From positions 80,563-144,562 of the forward strand of contig MNCI01001939.1 in assembly GCA_015680685.1 (NCBI GenBank): 64,000 bases of DNA. Reading direction: 5' to 3'. The notes under the pieces were generated by a model. It ran no database searches. It saw only the letters and a list, made by a program, of their open reading frames with translations, and had not been told where the DNA came from. Position numbers and translations under genes: made by a program. Source of the stretch: Gnetum montanum (taxonomy: Eukaryota; Plantae; Gnetophyta). Below, in pieces: positions 1 to 11,795 of this stretch; the stretch's first letter is position 1, and each line of letters opens with the position of its first letter.

Positions 1-1286
1 CAATGGAAAACATCATCATAATCATACAAGATCCATTGATCACAAATTTGTGTGCCATGTGGAAGCCTATTCCCACTGATGCAACCATACAAGCCAATGG
101 TACGCACATTATGTAATGAGATTCCCATGACTATCAAAGGTATTATCAACATAAGAATAATTAAGCTTAAAGTAAAATCACATTTATAAAGTATGCATCA
201 AAGCAACAATTACAACAACTATCTATACTTGCCAATCTATAGGTGCTCATAAAGAAAAGATAAATTAAATCAAACTATTTTCAAAACTCTCTTATACAAA
301 AAAGGTAGGGTTCCCACACCAAGGGCCATGACCTTGGCTACCTACATATCCTTATAGAGAATACAAGGAATCAAGGCCATGTAGTTCTTAATTTACAAGA
401 TCAACCATCACACATATGCACATATCAAGAGATTATTTGGATTATTCATTTATAAATGATTATTCCTAACAATGTTCATTTGGCATGATAAAATAATCTT
501 AAAATAGAGTAGTGTGATGTATGACTTAAGGATTAAAGAGCCATACCTAAATAAAGAGAGTATGAACAAACATGTACACACAGACATATATATAATTAGT
601 TATGTTAAAGAAAGGGTAGGAGATAGACTTACCCAAACCTTAGGAATCCTCTTGGAGAACTTCTTCTTTAATTTTCTTATGCTCCTAGTCCTTATGCACA
701 TTTCCTCTTCCTAGTGGCTCTTCTTTCTCTTACTTGTGTATCCAGAGTAGGGCTAGGGAGGTATTTATAGGCCTAAGATGAAAGATATCTCTTAAGTTCT
801 AAAGAGTACTTTGGGTAGTTGGTGATTAGAAGATATCACCTCCATTAGAAGTTTCTCATAAAGTCTTCTTTTTCTAGTAACTTCTCCTCCCCACCTACCA
901 AATTTTCACCTTTTATATTTATATTACAAAAATAACTATTTACTTTACTGATGTTACTATTTATTTTACCAAGATTACTATTTATTTATCATATTTTACC
1001 AAAGTTACTATTCATTTACCAAGGCTACTACTCATTTACCATCTTTTACCAAAGTTACTATTCATTTACCATATTTTACCATGATATGTTTACTTTTTCC
1101 TAAGTTCATATTGTCTTGGCTCTTAGAGTCATGCACTGTTATAAAAATGGAATAACTACTTTTGCCTCATAAACATTCAAAATGACTTATTTATTAAGCA
1201 TTCCAAGTACATCCAAGATATAGTATATATTAAAATCACATACTATTACATTCATATTATAAATTGATGTAAAAGTAGGTGTTACA
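1..1286 (-). mobile_element. LTR fragment of a Ty3/gypsy-type element, running off the left edge and inserted into the pol of the next element
   Basis: Ends GGTGTTACA at 1286, i.e. TGTAACACC LTR start on the minus strand. Minus-strand TATA (CCTATAAATACC) at about 760-772. Abrupt switch to RT/RNase H coding sequence at 1287. Confidence 0.6.
965..1080. repeat. Degenerate short repeats (TTTTACCAAAGTTACTATTCATTTACC-like) inside the LTR
   Basis: About four to five imperfect units visible directly. Confidence 0.7.
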
Positions 1287-4200
1287 AAAAGTTATTATAA
1301 AAAGTTTGTTTAGGGATTCTTTGTAGTGATAGTAACCTTAACTAACTTGCAAAAGAAGGATGTTTCCTAAAATTGGAGTAACTAGTTTTATGAAGCTTTC
1401 AATAAAATTAGGATGATCCTCATAACTCAGTTCATGTTGGTCCTTTCTAGCTTCTCAAAACCATTTGAAGTTCATATAGATGCTTTAGATGAGGCAATTA
1501 GTAGGATTCTTTTGCAACATAATCATCCAATGGCATTTTGAGTCCAAGAAGTTAAATCGGACAAAGAAGTCATGGTCGATGCATGAAAATGAGAAATTCA
1601 CCATCATGCATTATCTTCACACATGGTGACACTATCTTCTTGGTGCTCCTGTGATGGTTAAAACTAACAACACTACCATAAACTACCTCCTCAATGAATC
1701 CAAATTGAAACTGAAGCAAGCTTAATGATTAGACCTATTATAAGAGTTTAATCTTCAATATGTCTATCGAATAGGAAGAAAGAATGTTGTAGCAAATGCT
1801 TGAAGTAGATATCCTCAAGTACACTCAGTGAAGGTTTTTTGGCACCCCAATAACTCTTGGGTTATGGTTGACCATAAACTCTGGCAAATATCAAGGATGA
1901 ATTGCATCATGATCAGCATTCTCAAGAGTTGTTGTAGCTAGTTCACGAAGATGGTGGCTCAAATTCTAGTGAAGTTAATGTTCTACTCATATTTAAGTAT
2001 AATGATATTTATGTTCTTGATTGGGATGCATCACATTATCAAATCATTAATGAATTCCACAACACTCTCTAGGTGCATCATTTAGGACACCAGTGGATAG
2101 TGGCATTAGTGAACTAAAGTTTATATGAACCTAAATTAGGGGTTGATGTAACAAATTTTCTATGGAGTTGTTTGATTTGTTAGTAGGATAAAAGTTATAA
2201 TGAGAAGATAGGAGGCCTATTTCACCCTTTAGAAATTATAGAGCTATGAATGACCATCTCCATGAATTTTATCATAGGACTTCCAACAATATAGGGATTT
2301 CCCAACGTCCTTGTAGTTGCGAATAAGTTTTCAAAGCATATTATCTTCATCTTATGCTTTACTTCTTGCATGGTTGACAATGTGGCATCCTTGTTCTTTA
2401 AGAACATCATGTTCTACTTTTGGTTGTCTTCAAGCATTGTTTCATATTGTAGCTCCCATTTCATGGATGATTTTTGGTGAAACTTATTCAAAATGTTGGG
2501 AATGAAACTATGGATGTTCTCAAGGTACCATCTACAAATAGATGGATAGATAGAATTGGTTAATAGAGTTGTGGATGAGCATTTGAGATACTTTATCCAA
2601 TTCAATTAGATGAATTAGCTAGCTATTCTACCTATGGTTTAGTTCAACTACAACATTTAGAAGTCCTTAGCCATACGATTCTCTTTGGTATAGTTAGTCT
2701 TTGAAAGGTAGCCATCAATCTTTCAATTAGTGCAAAACTTACATCAATGTTTCAATCATTCGATGGATGAATTCATCAAATCTTGGGTGAATCATATCCA
2801 AGTTATGAGGTTATACTTGTAGAAATTTATCCATCACATAAAAAAGCATGTAGAAAATAGGAGGAAACCATTGTAGTTTGCTACTGGCAAGTGGACTTTG
2901 TTGAAGATGGATTATGAGGATTAGATAAGACCAAAGAAGGGAGCCAGCCAAAAGTTCTTTAGGCATTAAGATGGGCCTTTCAAGGTGCTTACTCATGTTA
3001 ACCTAGTAGCATACAAATTGCAACTACTAGCATATCTAGCCAAATACCATCCTATGTTCCATGTTTCAATGCTCAAAAATTTTAATCTAGGGGAGACTAA
3101 TCTAACAACATTGAGGTCCATGGAACCTCCAAACATTGAGGTAGTTGAGGATTAAAAAATTGATTTTTTTCATCAACTTGCACATCGTAGGTTACATTCC
3201 AGATCAAAAGGTTGAATTCTTGGTACATTTTAGGGCACATCCTTAGAGGAGGATACTTGGAAGGAGTAGCAAGCTCTTAGGAACAAGAACGATTTCATTT
3301 TAAAATTTTGTGCAAAGAATCACATTGATTTACCCTTATGGATGTATAGAGGTGGTCAAATAGAGGTAGCTGCTTCCTGATGAGAGTTACAGTATAGCCT
3401 AAAAAACTTATTGGTGAATGAATGACAAGTTGGAAGGTGCTAAAGTTAATTCAAGATGGATCACTTCTGAGAGGCAAAAAATTAGTATGTATTCTCTTCT
3501 AGTTAAGGAGTTTGGTGATGCCACAATGAGGCTAGAATTCCAATATCCCTACACCTACTATTAAAAGACTATTACTAAGCATGGGAAGTGGTTTCCCCAA
3601 GGTACAAAGTAGCATCCCTTTGCTCATAGAAGGATTGGCTTGCATGCTAAGTAAGTAGATTTGGTTCTAGGTAGAAATGTTGGTACAATTTTCATGAAAC
3701 ACAGTAAACCTTTTCCTCCTAAACTTGCATTGTGTAAACTTCTTTAAGCCTCTGTTGGATGATACGTTGAGTTTAATACTCTATGCTTTATGGTTGAAGA
3801 ATCCTAGTTATTGGACCTTCGTGTCTATAATTTTTAGGAGGGCTTCTATTTTCTTGAAGTGTCTTAATATTTATTAAGACTCTTCATGTTTGAGAAAGCA
3901 TACACTTTAAGAACATCACTTCTTTCAAGTGGGGAAGAGTGTAGGAAAACATGCCTTGTTAGTGGATCAAAGGTTTTTTCCCTTTAGAATGGGGGCTAGA
4001 GGAGTGTGGAGATCCTATCAGGTTCTATGTTATCTTAACCATCACTATAGAAATACATGGGCTTTGATTCCTTTGTGAACCTTGTCACAAAGATATGTAG
4101 GCTTGTTGGGAAGGCTTCACCTCCCTAGCTTGAGCCACTACCCTTCTCTTCATAGTGAGGTTTGGATGTTTTAGAGTAGGAATGCATCTTAGCTTTCTAA

Positions 4201-4423
4201 GGGAACCTATATCATGTGTGTGTATTCACACTTATATGGGTGTGTACGTCTCATTGTCTAGTTTCGTATTTGTTTACTTATGGCATATATGATGTGCCTT
4301 TAACCTTTAACTAACAATTTGTGTGCTCCTATAATCTATTTTTAGGTACTCTAAGCTTTGAGGCATAGTCCACATTAAGTTTGCTTTCCCTTATTATTAT
4401 CCTAGGACTCTTAGGTGGTGTCA
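1287..4423 (+). mobile_element. Degenerate Ty3/gypsy chromovirus (Galadriel-like) 3' half: RT end, RNase H, integrase, chromodomain, PPT and 3' LTR
   Basis: Decayed motifs: YYKKFV.GF..LTNL.KKD (RT thumb), FSKPFEVHIDA.D.AI (RNase H), TISMNFIIGLP and HLQIDG.IELVN (integrase), EFLVHF.G..LEEDTW (chromodomain, about 3210-3270). PPT AAGTGGGGAAGAG at 3927-3939. Many stops. Confidence 0.85.
3940..4423 (+). repeat. 3' LTR of the chromovirus element
   Basis: TG directly after the PPT; ends GGTGTCA, where Copia coding sequence starts. Confidence 0.65.
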
Positions 4424-6800
4424 AAAGATGTTTAAAAAAGGCAACACTATTAAATAAAGAGCATATTTTATCTTCTTTTAGGATAGTCATGATTTATTTT
4501 ATGATCTTCCAATGACCCTCTTCTAATATAGTTTTAAAACTAGCAACATCTAACTATCCTATTGAAATCAAATTTCTTTTTAAATTTGGTACATACATAA
4601 TATTTTTAAGAGGTAATTATCTTCCATCTTCCTTCTAGGTTAACACATCACCAATACCTTTTATTGGACATTCATGTTTATTACCCAACTAAACATAAGT
4701 ATTTTCAACTTCTATAAATGACCTAAAATATTCCTTCTATGAGCATACATGAAATGATGCTCCAAAATCCATTATCCATTCATTAGATTGATAAAACTCA
4801 CTTTCACACAGAGTATTATTAAGAGTAATCAAATTTACATGAACTTCATCATTATTTTGGTTACTTGATGATTCTTGAGAAGTAGCCACCTTTTATTTGC
4901 TTTTTTTTCCTTTAGAATACAACAATTTCTTCTCAACTACCTAGGCTTGTGACAACACCAACAACCTCTTTCTTTGCTTTATGAATGTGACCTACTCTTG
5001 ATTCTAGTATCATCCCTACCTTAAATTTCTTGTTATTATGATCTTCCTCTATTTTTAATATTTAAAGCATCTCCTCCAAATGACGTCAATTACATGGTTG
5101 CCTTTTTTCTTTTCAACACCCATGAAGACTACCGTAGTAGTATCAAAATCTAGTGTTGGACATGTTGCACTAATTGTTGTAACTATTATTTCCTAACTAT
5201 TTGGAATAAAAGAGACTAAAAAATGATTTAAATTCATCATCCAACACTACCTTTAATGCTTTTAGCTATGAAAAACAGTTGTTAAATCTAAAGAGATGCT
5301 AAGCCACCGTATATTCTCTTTCATGTTCAAGTTAAATAATCTCCTTATTTGATAAACTTTGTCTACTTTTAATGGTTGTTTGTAAAGCTTGATTAACGTT
5401 TTCCATAAGCCTTCAATGAATCATCAGTTTGCCAGGATATCGCTAATGCTATATTACATTTTTTTGAAAAAAAAGTCAATTTTTGTCCACCAACAATATC
5501 ATAGTTATGATATCGTATCTACGATGTCATAGATTCAATATCGTATCTCATGATACATTATCATATAAAAAATATTGTAGGATGCATGTTTGCTTATAAA
5601 TATAGCACTTGGCACATGATCCAAAGAACTTTTATTTCATCCTTAGGTAGATTCTTGCAATTTTGTTACATAGTTTTAGCAATAGAGTGAATGCCCGTAG
5701 TGTGGTGTTGAGCAGTTATATAGAATCTTTGTTTGAGTGAAGTGTACTTGAATATAGTTCATGTTCGAAAATAAAGATTGAGATTACTTTTCATCATTGT
5801 AGCATCCACTTAGTTTTTTAGTTTTACTTAGCATAGTTTTTATTGCTTTCTAGATAATCATTCACATTTCCAAGTATTTTACTTTACTTGTTTATTAATA
5901 AAGTGGAATGAATACAACTAGTTTCAAGCATTTAAGTGTAATCATTTAGTAATCCCAATAGTGTTACAACTTGGTTCGCCCAGTAGCATAACACTTGGTA
6001 ACCCAGTAATGATTACATGAGCCCAAGATGTGTACAATAAACTAGGATAGGATGCTCCTCACTCTAGGCTAGAGTAGATTTACCTTACTATCATTACTTA
6101 GACTTAGGACTAAATTTCATTTCCAATTATGTTTATTTCTAAGAGTAAAATGGGCCTAATAACATCAATTATCATATATCTCACTTTGAACTAAACCATA
6201 AATGACAAAGCTACCACTAGTCCAAGTGAGCAAACAGTGTCCTACGATCGATGTTTACCAATCTAGATGCCACAACTAGTCCCATCCACAGAATTCGACT
6301 AGATCGTGCATGAACGCTTATGATTCATATGGTTGGGCATAGGGGTACTTGCTACTCATCACCTTCTATTATACTCTCCTTAGTAATTGTGTACAAAATT
6401 TCATCAAACAAGTTTTGATCAAAGACAGAGCTTTTTAATCCAACTTATCCTACTCTTCTTGGGAAAAGTTGTGAGGCTTTTTTTTTTTTTGTCCACTCTA
6501 TGATGGGAGCTTCACATTCCTTCTAATATAGAATATCTATCATTATAATTTTCCAAATCTACCAATAGGAACCTATAAGCTTTTAAATCTATACTTTGTC
6601 CACTATATTCAATACAATACCAACAATCTACAATAAACTTTCCTCTAATAGCACTTGTGCTTAAAACCTAGAATTAAAAAATAAATTCACTCACGCAATT
6701 GTTCACAGAAGAAAAACATGAAATGAGGGATAGATTTACATGGAAAACCCCCTCAATGTGAAGGGTAACAACCATGGAAAAGTGGGGAGATTGTATTCTT
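4424..6800 (-). mobile_element. Degenerate Ty1/copia 5' part (LTR, PBS-Met, gag, zinc knuckle, protease), interrupted by a solo LTR
   Basis: Minus strand: WIMDFGASFHVC (protease, about 4740-4780), CWCCHKP knuckle, gag GLWKTLIKLYKQP..RRLFNLNM. Decayed reverse PBS CTCTAATAGCA at about 6643-6653 next to the LTR end at 6656. Copia LTR motif TTTACATGGAAAACCCC...AACCATGG. Confidence 0.85.
5415..6361 (+). mobile_element. Solo LTR of the Athila-like family, inserted in Copia gag, TSD CCTTC
   Basis: CCTTC at 5410-5414 and 6362-6366. Removing it restores gag ...ESIIEG/LWK. Ends CTACTCATCA. Colinear similarity to LTR 6947-7711. Confidence 0.85.
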
Positions 6801-6946
6801 CTTGATAAGTGAATTTCTTGCTACATCTATTATCTCTATCCATTTCTTTTAAATAGTCGTATGCCCTGTAATTTTAGGTATTCAATGAGTTAACTTCGAT
6901 AGGTAAGGATAATGATTACTCTAACTGAATATAAGTGCTTGACAAG

Positions 6947-7711
6947 TGATGAGTCGTGCTTTGGGCGATCATGATATCGCATGCTCAGTTACGATATCAT
7001 AGCCCACCACCAGTTCTATAAATAAGAGGTGGCTCTCCCTTGTCTCGATCCAATTTTTAGTTCCTTAGCCAAACTCTTGTAGTTTTGCCTCCTTAGACTT
7101 AGAATTATTTCTTAGTGTATGCCCACAGTGTGACGTACTTGGACATGCACATGACTGGCAATAAAGATTGAGATTACTCCATCATTGTAGCATTCACTTA
7201 GTTTAATTAATTATTTATTTCATTATTATTTACAACTTTCTTAGTTAATCTCTCTTACCCTTATCTCCTAGTAACATAGAATGAGTACAACTTAATCACG
7301 AGCATTTAAGTGTGACTACTTGGTAACCCAGTAGCATACCTAGGCCATGCGCTTGGTAATCCCAGTGGTAGTTGTACATGAGGTCCAAGATGTGTACAGA
7401 TGATTAAGGAATGGATACTCATCGCACTTAGGCTAGTTTAGACTCTCTCATCCTCTCTCTCCTAGATTAGTTAATATTACTTTCCATTGCCTTTAGGAGT
7501 AGCATTAGATTAGAAACCACATCATACACCTCACTCTGGACTAAACCATACATGACAAAGCTAATACTAGTCCAGGTGGGAAGATAGCAAACTGTGACCT
7601 AAGGCTAACTATCTAGATGCCACAACTAGTCCATCTGCAGAGTTTGACCAGATCACATGTGTAATGCTCATATTTGTATGGCTGATTGTAGGGGTACCTC
7701 ACCACTCATCA
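6947..7711 (+). repeat. 5' LTR (765 bp) of the Athila-like element
   Basis: 8-bp terminal inverted repeat, TATA CTATAAATA at about 7016-7024, last 192 bp align to 15165-15356. Confidence 0.9.
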
Positions 7712-7712
7712 T

Positions 7713-7730
7713 TGGTGCCGTTGTCAGGGA
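7713..7730 (+). other. Primer binding site, tRNA-Asp type
   Basis: TGGTGCCGTTGTCAGGGA versus the Athila consensus TGGCGCCGTTGCCGGGGA. Confidence 0.85.
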
Positions 7731-8049
7731 CGGTGCTAGTTATCTAGATTAGTTATATCATACAAGGTCGCTATATAGGACTTAACAATATATATCTTAG
7801 GAAGAAGAAATAACTATAAAAAGTCACAAATAGCTTCACACACAACTCCACAACAATGCCTCTCCTACAAGATTACAATAATGAGGAAGTTCATTGGAGA
7901 ACCAATGAACTATATGACGATGAAGATTGGAGTACACAACTTGAAGTGGGGGTTTCTTATAAATATGAACGAAAGCAACATCATCCCAATGCATGAAAGC
8001 ATAACTTACAGGATGACAATGAACCCCTACTAGCCACCACAAGCTTAAC

Positions 8050-9837
8050 GCAAATACAAGAGGGTATTTGAATCTCCCGTAGGCATCGTAAAGAGAGTCG
8101 TCTACCCTGGCTTGATTTAAAGAACTTTTCCCATTTCTTAGGAGGCTATGACTTAGATCCACAACAACATTTACTAGCCTTCTATGATGCCTGCATGTGG
8201 AAAAATATTGATAACAGTTGGCAAAAACTTAAGCTCTTCCCGATGACACTCATTGGCCAAGCAAAAGTATGGTATAGATCGTTAAAACCAAATTCAATAT
8301 GACATTGATCAACAATGGTAGAAGTCTTTAATGAAAATATCAAACCTACGCAAGAGTGTCAGCCTTGAGGAAACAAATCCAAGGATGGAAACAAGCACAA
8401 CATGAACCCTTGGACATGGCCTTAGAAAGATATTATGCACTATTAAACAACTGTCCAGGCCATGGGTTCTCCAAGGAAAGGATAATGTACCATATCATTA
8501 ATGGACTACATAATGAAACAAAAGAGACCTTAGGAATGCATGCCCAAGGTCAACTATATGAACTACAAACCCATCAAGTCCAAGAGCTTGTTAAGCGGGT
8601 AGCAAAATAAGAAGAAGAGATGACTAGATGGGAGAGTGTTGAAAAACATCAATAGGACCAGAATCTTAACATAACAAAGGTCCATGATCATAAAAAGGAG
8701 AGATCAACCAATCTCAAGGTGGAAACATCATCTTTGCTGGTACAACAACAATCATTGGAAGAAGTCGAGGCAAAGATCAATAAGATGTTGAAATGGACAT
8801 ATCAAAAGTGTGGAGAATCTATCAACATTATTGGAGATAAAGTTTTGACAATCCAAGAAGCAGGATAAAACATTAGACAATTGGAAAGAAGGGATAAGGA
8901 AAATAAGAGCTCAACTTCCAATCATACATATGAATGCAACATATGCCTATATGATCACCCCAAGGGTCAATGCCCAATATTGTTACATTTACATGAGCAT
9001 TGAGGAAACATGTTACATCTAGAGTTCATACAGAGATACTATGTTCGATCACAATGGCAACAATCCCAGTCGTGGGGGAGACCACCACTAAACTAGAGAC
9101 ACCCTTCGTATCATCCAAACCAAAATGCTTATCTTGTTCAACATCCTATTTCTCCAACTGGGCCACCATACTCTATCGCACCATATTACTATTCTCCACA
9201 ATACTATCAACCCATGCCCTCAACACAACCACCACCTTGTATACTCCTCCTAATTTTCAGCATTCTCATACTTTCCCTCCTTCCACATTGCCACCAACTG
9301 TTCCTAAGGTGTCTACACCACCGCAACAACCCACGAATGCTACTTGTGCTACTACTGCTAATAGCAGTGAGAGGCCTCATCAATATCAAAAGCGTCCCTT
9401 CTTTAAACATGATTGCAAGAAGGGACAACACAATTCCAAGGCCACTGCACCCTCCGACTCAGCACAAGTCCAACACTATGGTGCATCCTTATCTTAGAAC
9501 CTAATGCCTCATGTTACTTCATCAAGGCCACCAACTAACACTCCAACAACCATATGGCCCAATGAACACAATCATGGAAGGCAACATCCCAATCCTTGCA
9601 TACCATCTAATGGTCCCAAATATCATAGTGGGCCAACTCGTTATCCGGGAACTACATCATATAAATTTTCCCACTATGCATATTATAATTAAGTGTGTGA
9701 ACCCCAATGGGGTAAGTATGACTGGGCCCCAATATTTCAAACATGCAAGAATCCTCATCTTACATTTATTAATCCTTGTCATCCTCAACCGATTAGTTAT
9801 GGGGGATATCCCCCATTCTAATAACAAGCAGGATTAA
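8050..9837 (+). pseudogene. Decayed gag with a Pro/Gln/His-rich tail
   Basis: DPQQHLLAFYDAC...KLKLFPMTLIGQAKVWYRSLKPNSI and ERYYALLNNCPGHGF...INGL are Athila-type gag motifs. Stops and frameshifts present; boundaries approximate. Confidence 0.8.
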
Positions 9838-11206
9838 TAACCACTTTTTATTTTCTTTAATTTTACAATTTTTTGTTTTCCAATTTTTCATTTTTTTTCA
9901 ACTTCTTGTTTTATCTTTTTGTCTTTTTGGTAGTTCTGTCTTTTTATAAGTAATCTCTTCTATGAATAAAACACTCATGTGGATTGTTGGTTGAGGTGTG
10001 TTCTATGTTATTAAGTCTTGAGTGATCAATTATGTGGATAGTGAACCCATTACACCCACTCATCCATTCTACAAATAAGAGGTTCTATTCGAGGGTATAG
10101 TAATATTCTTGACATTCTTAAAACTTAAAATTAATTTTTTGTTCATTGTACCCAGAATGAAGAAGGATGGACCAAGAGGGAATGATTAGGGTGTGATATC
10201 AAGGGGATTTGTGGATTCTCTTTGGTGACCTCTCTAGGAGTTATCATGCAACATGGTTGTACTAAGATCCTTGTAGATCTAACAAAAAATGGGAGTAAGA
10301 GTAATCAAAAGGGCAGTCAAAAATCCAATGTTGTCCTAGGGGGTCCCACTGGAAAGACATGCATCCATGCCTGAAGGTTGGTGGCTTCTCTGGATTCAGT
10401 ATTCAAAAAGAGAAAAAATGAAAGAAAAGAAGGAAGTGCCAAAAAACAAAAGTCACTCCTCCCTTGAATAAAATGCCAAGTGATCGTACGCCTTGTTGTT
10501 ATGGTACTCTCATAGTTGCTTATCATGAGATGAAACAATGTGATGTCACTGATTAGAAGAATGGACTTGGTCCTGATCTTAGAACAACGGGTTAATGACA
10601 CCTTAATCATGATTTACATGTAGGATTCACTGTGCCCTAGTCAGTTACCTCATGTCCCAATCTCTGCAATCCCTTCTGTAGTTCGTCTCATCTCACTATT
10701 CATGTAATTGTAGCTCATGTCATGTGTAATATAGAATTCTTACCTCATTTTGATGATGTTTACATGTGTGTGTTTTGTGGAATTAGTGTGAATTACATTT
10801 AACCCTTCTAGTGCCCATGGACACTTTAAGTGTGGTTACACAAGGGCATTATAGGTTAGAACCTGCTTTGGGGAGGTTCCACTTGTGTAATCTTTTGTAA
10901 TTCTCACTTATGATATAGCTCACACACACCATTTCTCACCCTCAGCTTATTTTTTCATAACATTCTTTCCTTACTATTACCCCTTTGAATTTCAACGTTC
11001 CCATGAACCATCACATAACCTTTTTCTTACCACCCAAGGTTTTATTGATAAAATCCACACTATCATCATTAATTGTGCCTTTAGAATTGATGGAATTACC
11101 CTAGAACTCCTTCATAATAACCTAATGTCCTTAGCTTACAATGTTCATTTCAAGAAAATCCTTTAAAAATTTGGTATTTTTGTTGTACCTCATGTGACTA
11201 GGGTTG

Positions 11207-11280
11207 TGATATCACGTACGCGATATCGTAGCCGACATGATATTGCATACGCGATATCACGTCGCCGCAACCTATAAATA
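11207..11280 (+). promoter_or_regulatory. Putative internal promoter: two decayed copies of the palindrome CGATATCGCGTACGCGATATCG followed by TATAAATA
   Basis: Copies at 11207-11228 and 11238-11259, TATA at 11273-11280. The same layout occurs in the LTR at 31007-31087. Promoter function is inferred. Confidence 0.55.
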
Positions 11281-11795
11281 GGTCATCCCCAACCAACCAC
11301 CCCNNNNNNNNNNNNNNNNNNNNNNCCACCCACAACACTTAGCATCATTTTTGCCATTTACATGGGGGAGTTTTTGAATTTTTTCTCTCTACAACTTGTG
11401 ATTGAGCGACCCTTTCTTTCTTCACTATATCTTGCTTGCTGGTACTCTGATTTTAATTTTGTTGGAACCTACTTGAACCTAGAGTGTTCAGCTTAGTCAT
11501 GGGGGAGGGACACCTACTGAAAAGTGCCTAACTTTTTTGGAATTTATCATCACCCAAAGGACATCATCTAGGGTAATTAGCTATAACACTTAGAATAATT
11601 TTGCCCAAAAATCATTTAACCCCTAGGCATACTGGAAAATTAAAATTGGAAACCACCTGAGTCACAGAACTCATTATTACAACCTTTCAGGCAATATCAC
11701 ACAGAAATAAAATAAGATCATTAATTAAGGAAAGTAGTAAGGTATAACTTAATTTCAAAAACAACCTTACTAACACTTGGCCCATGTGATTGTAG

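Noticed and set aside
6803-6946. TGATAAGT at 6803 as the start of the Athila-like LTR
   Set aside because: No TSD; 6947 gives a perfect 8-bp terminal inverted repeat and the ACAAG TSD.
9000-9837. Pro/Thr-rich ORFs resembling extensin or mucin genes
   Set aside because: Low-complexity tail of retroelement gag; a similar tract follows gag at 57100-57450.
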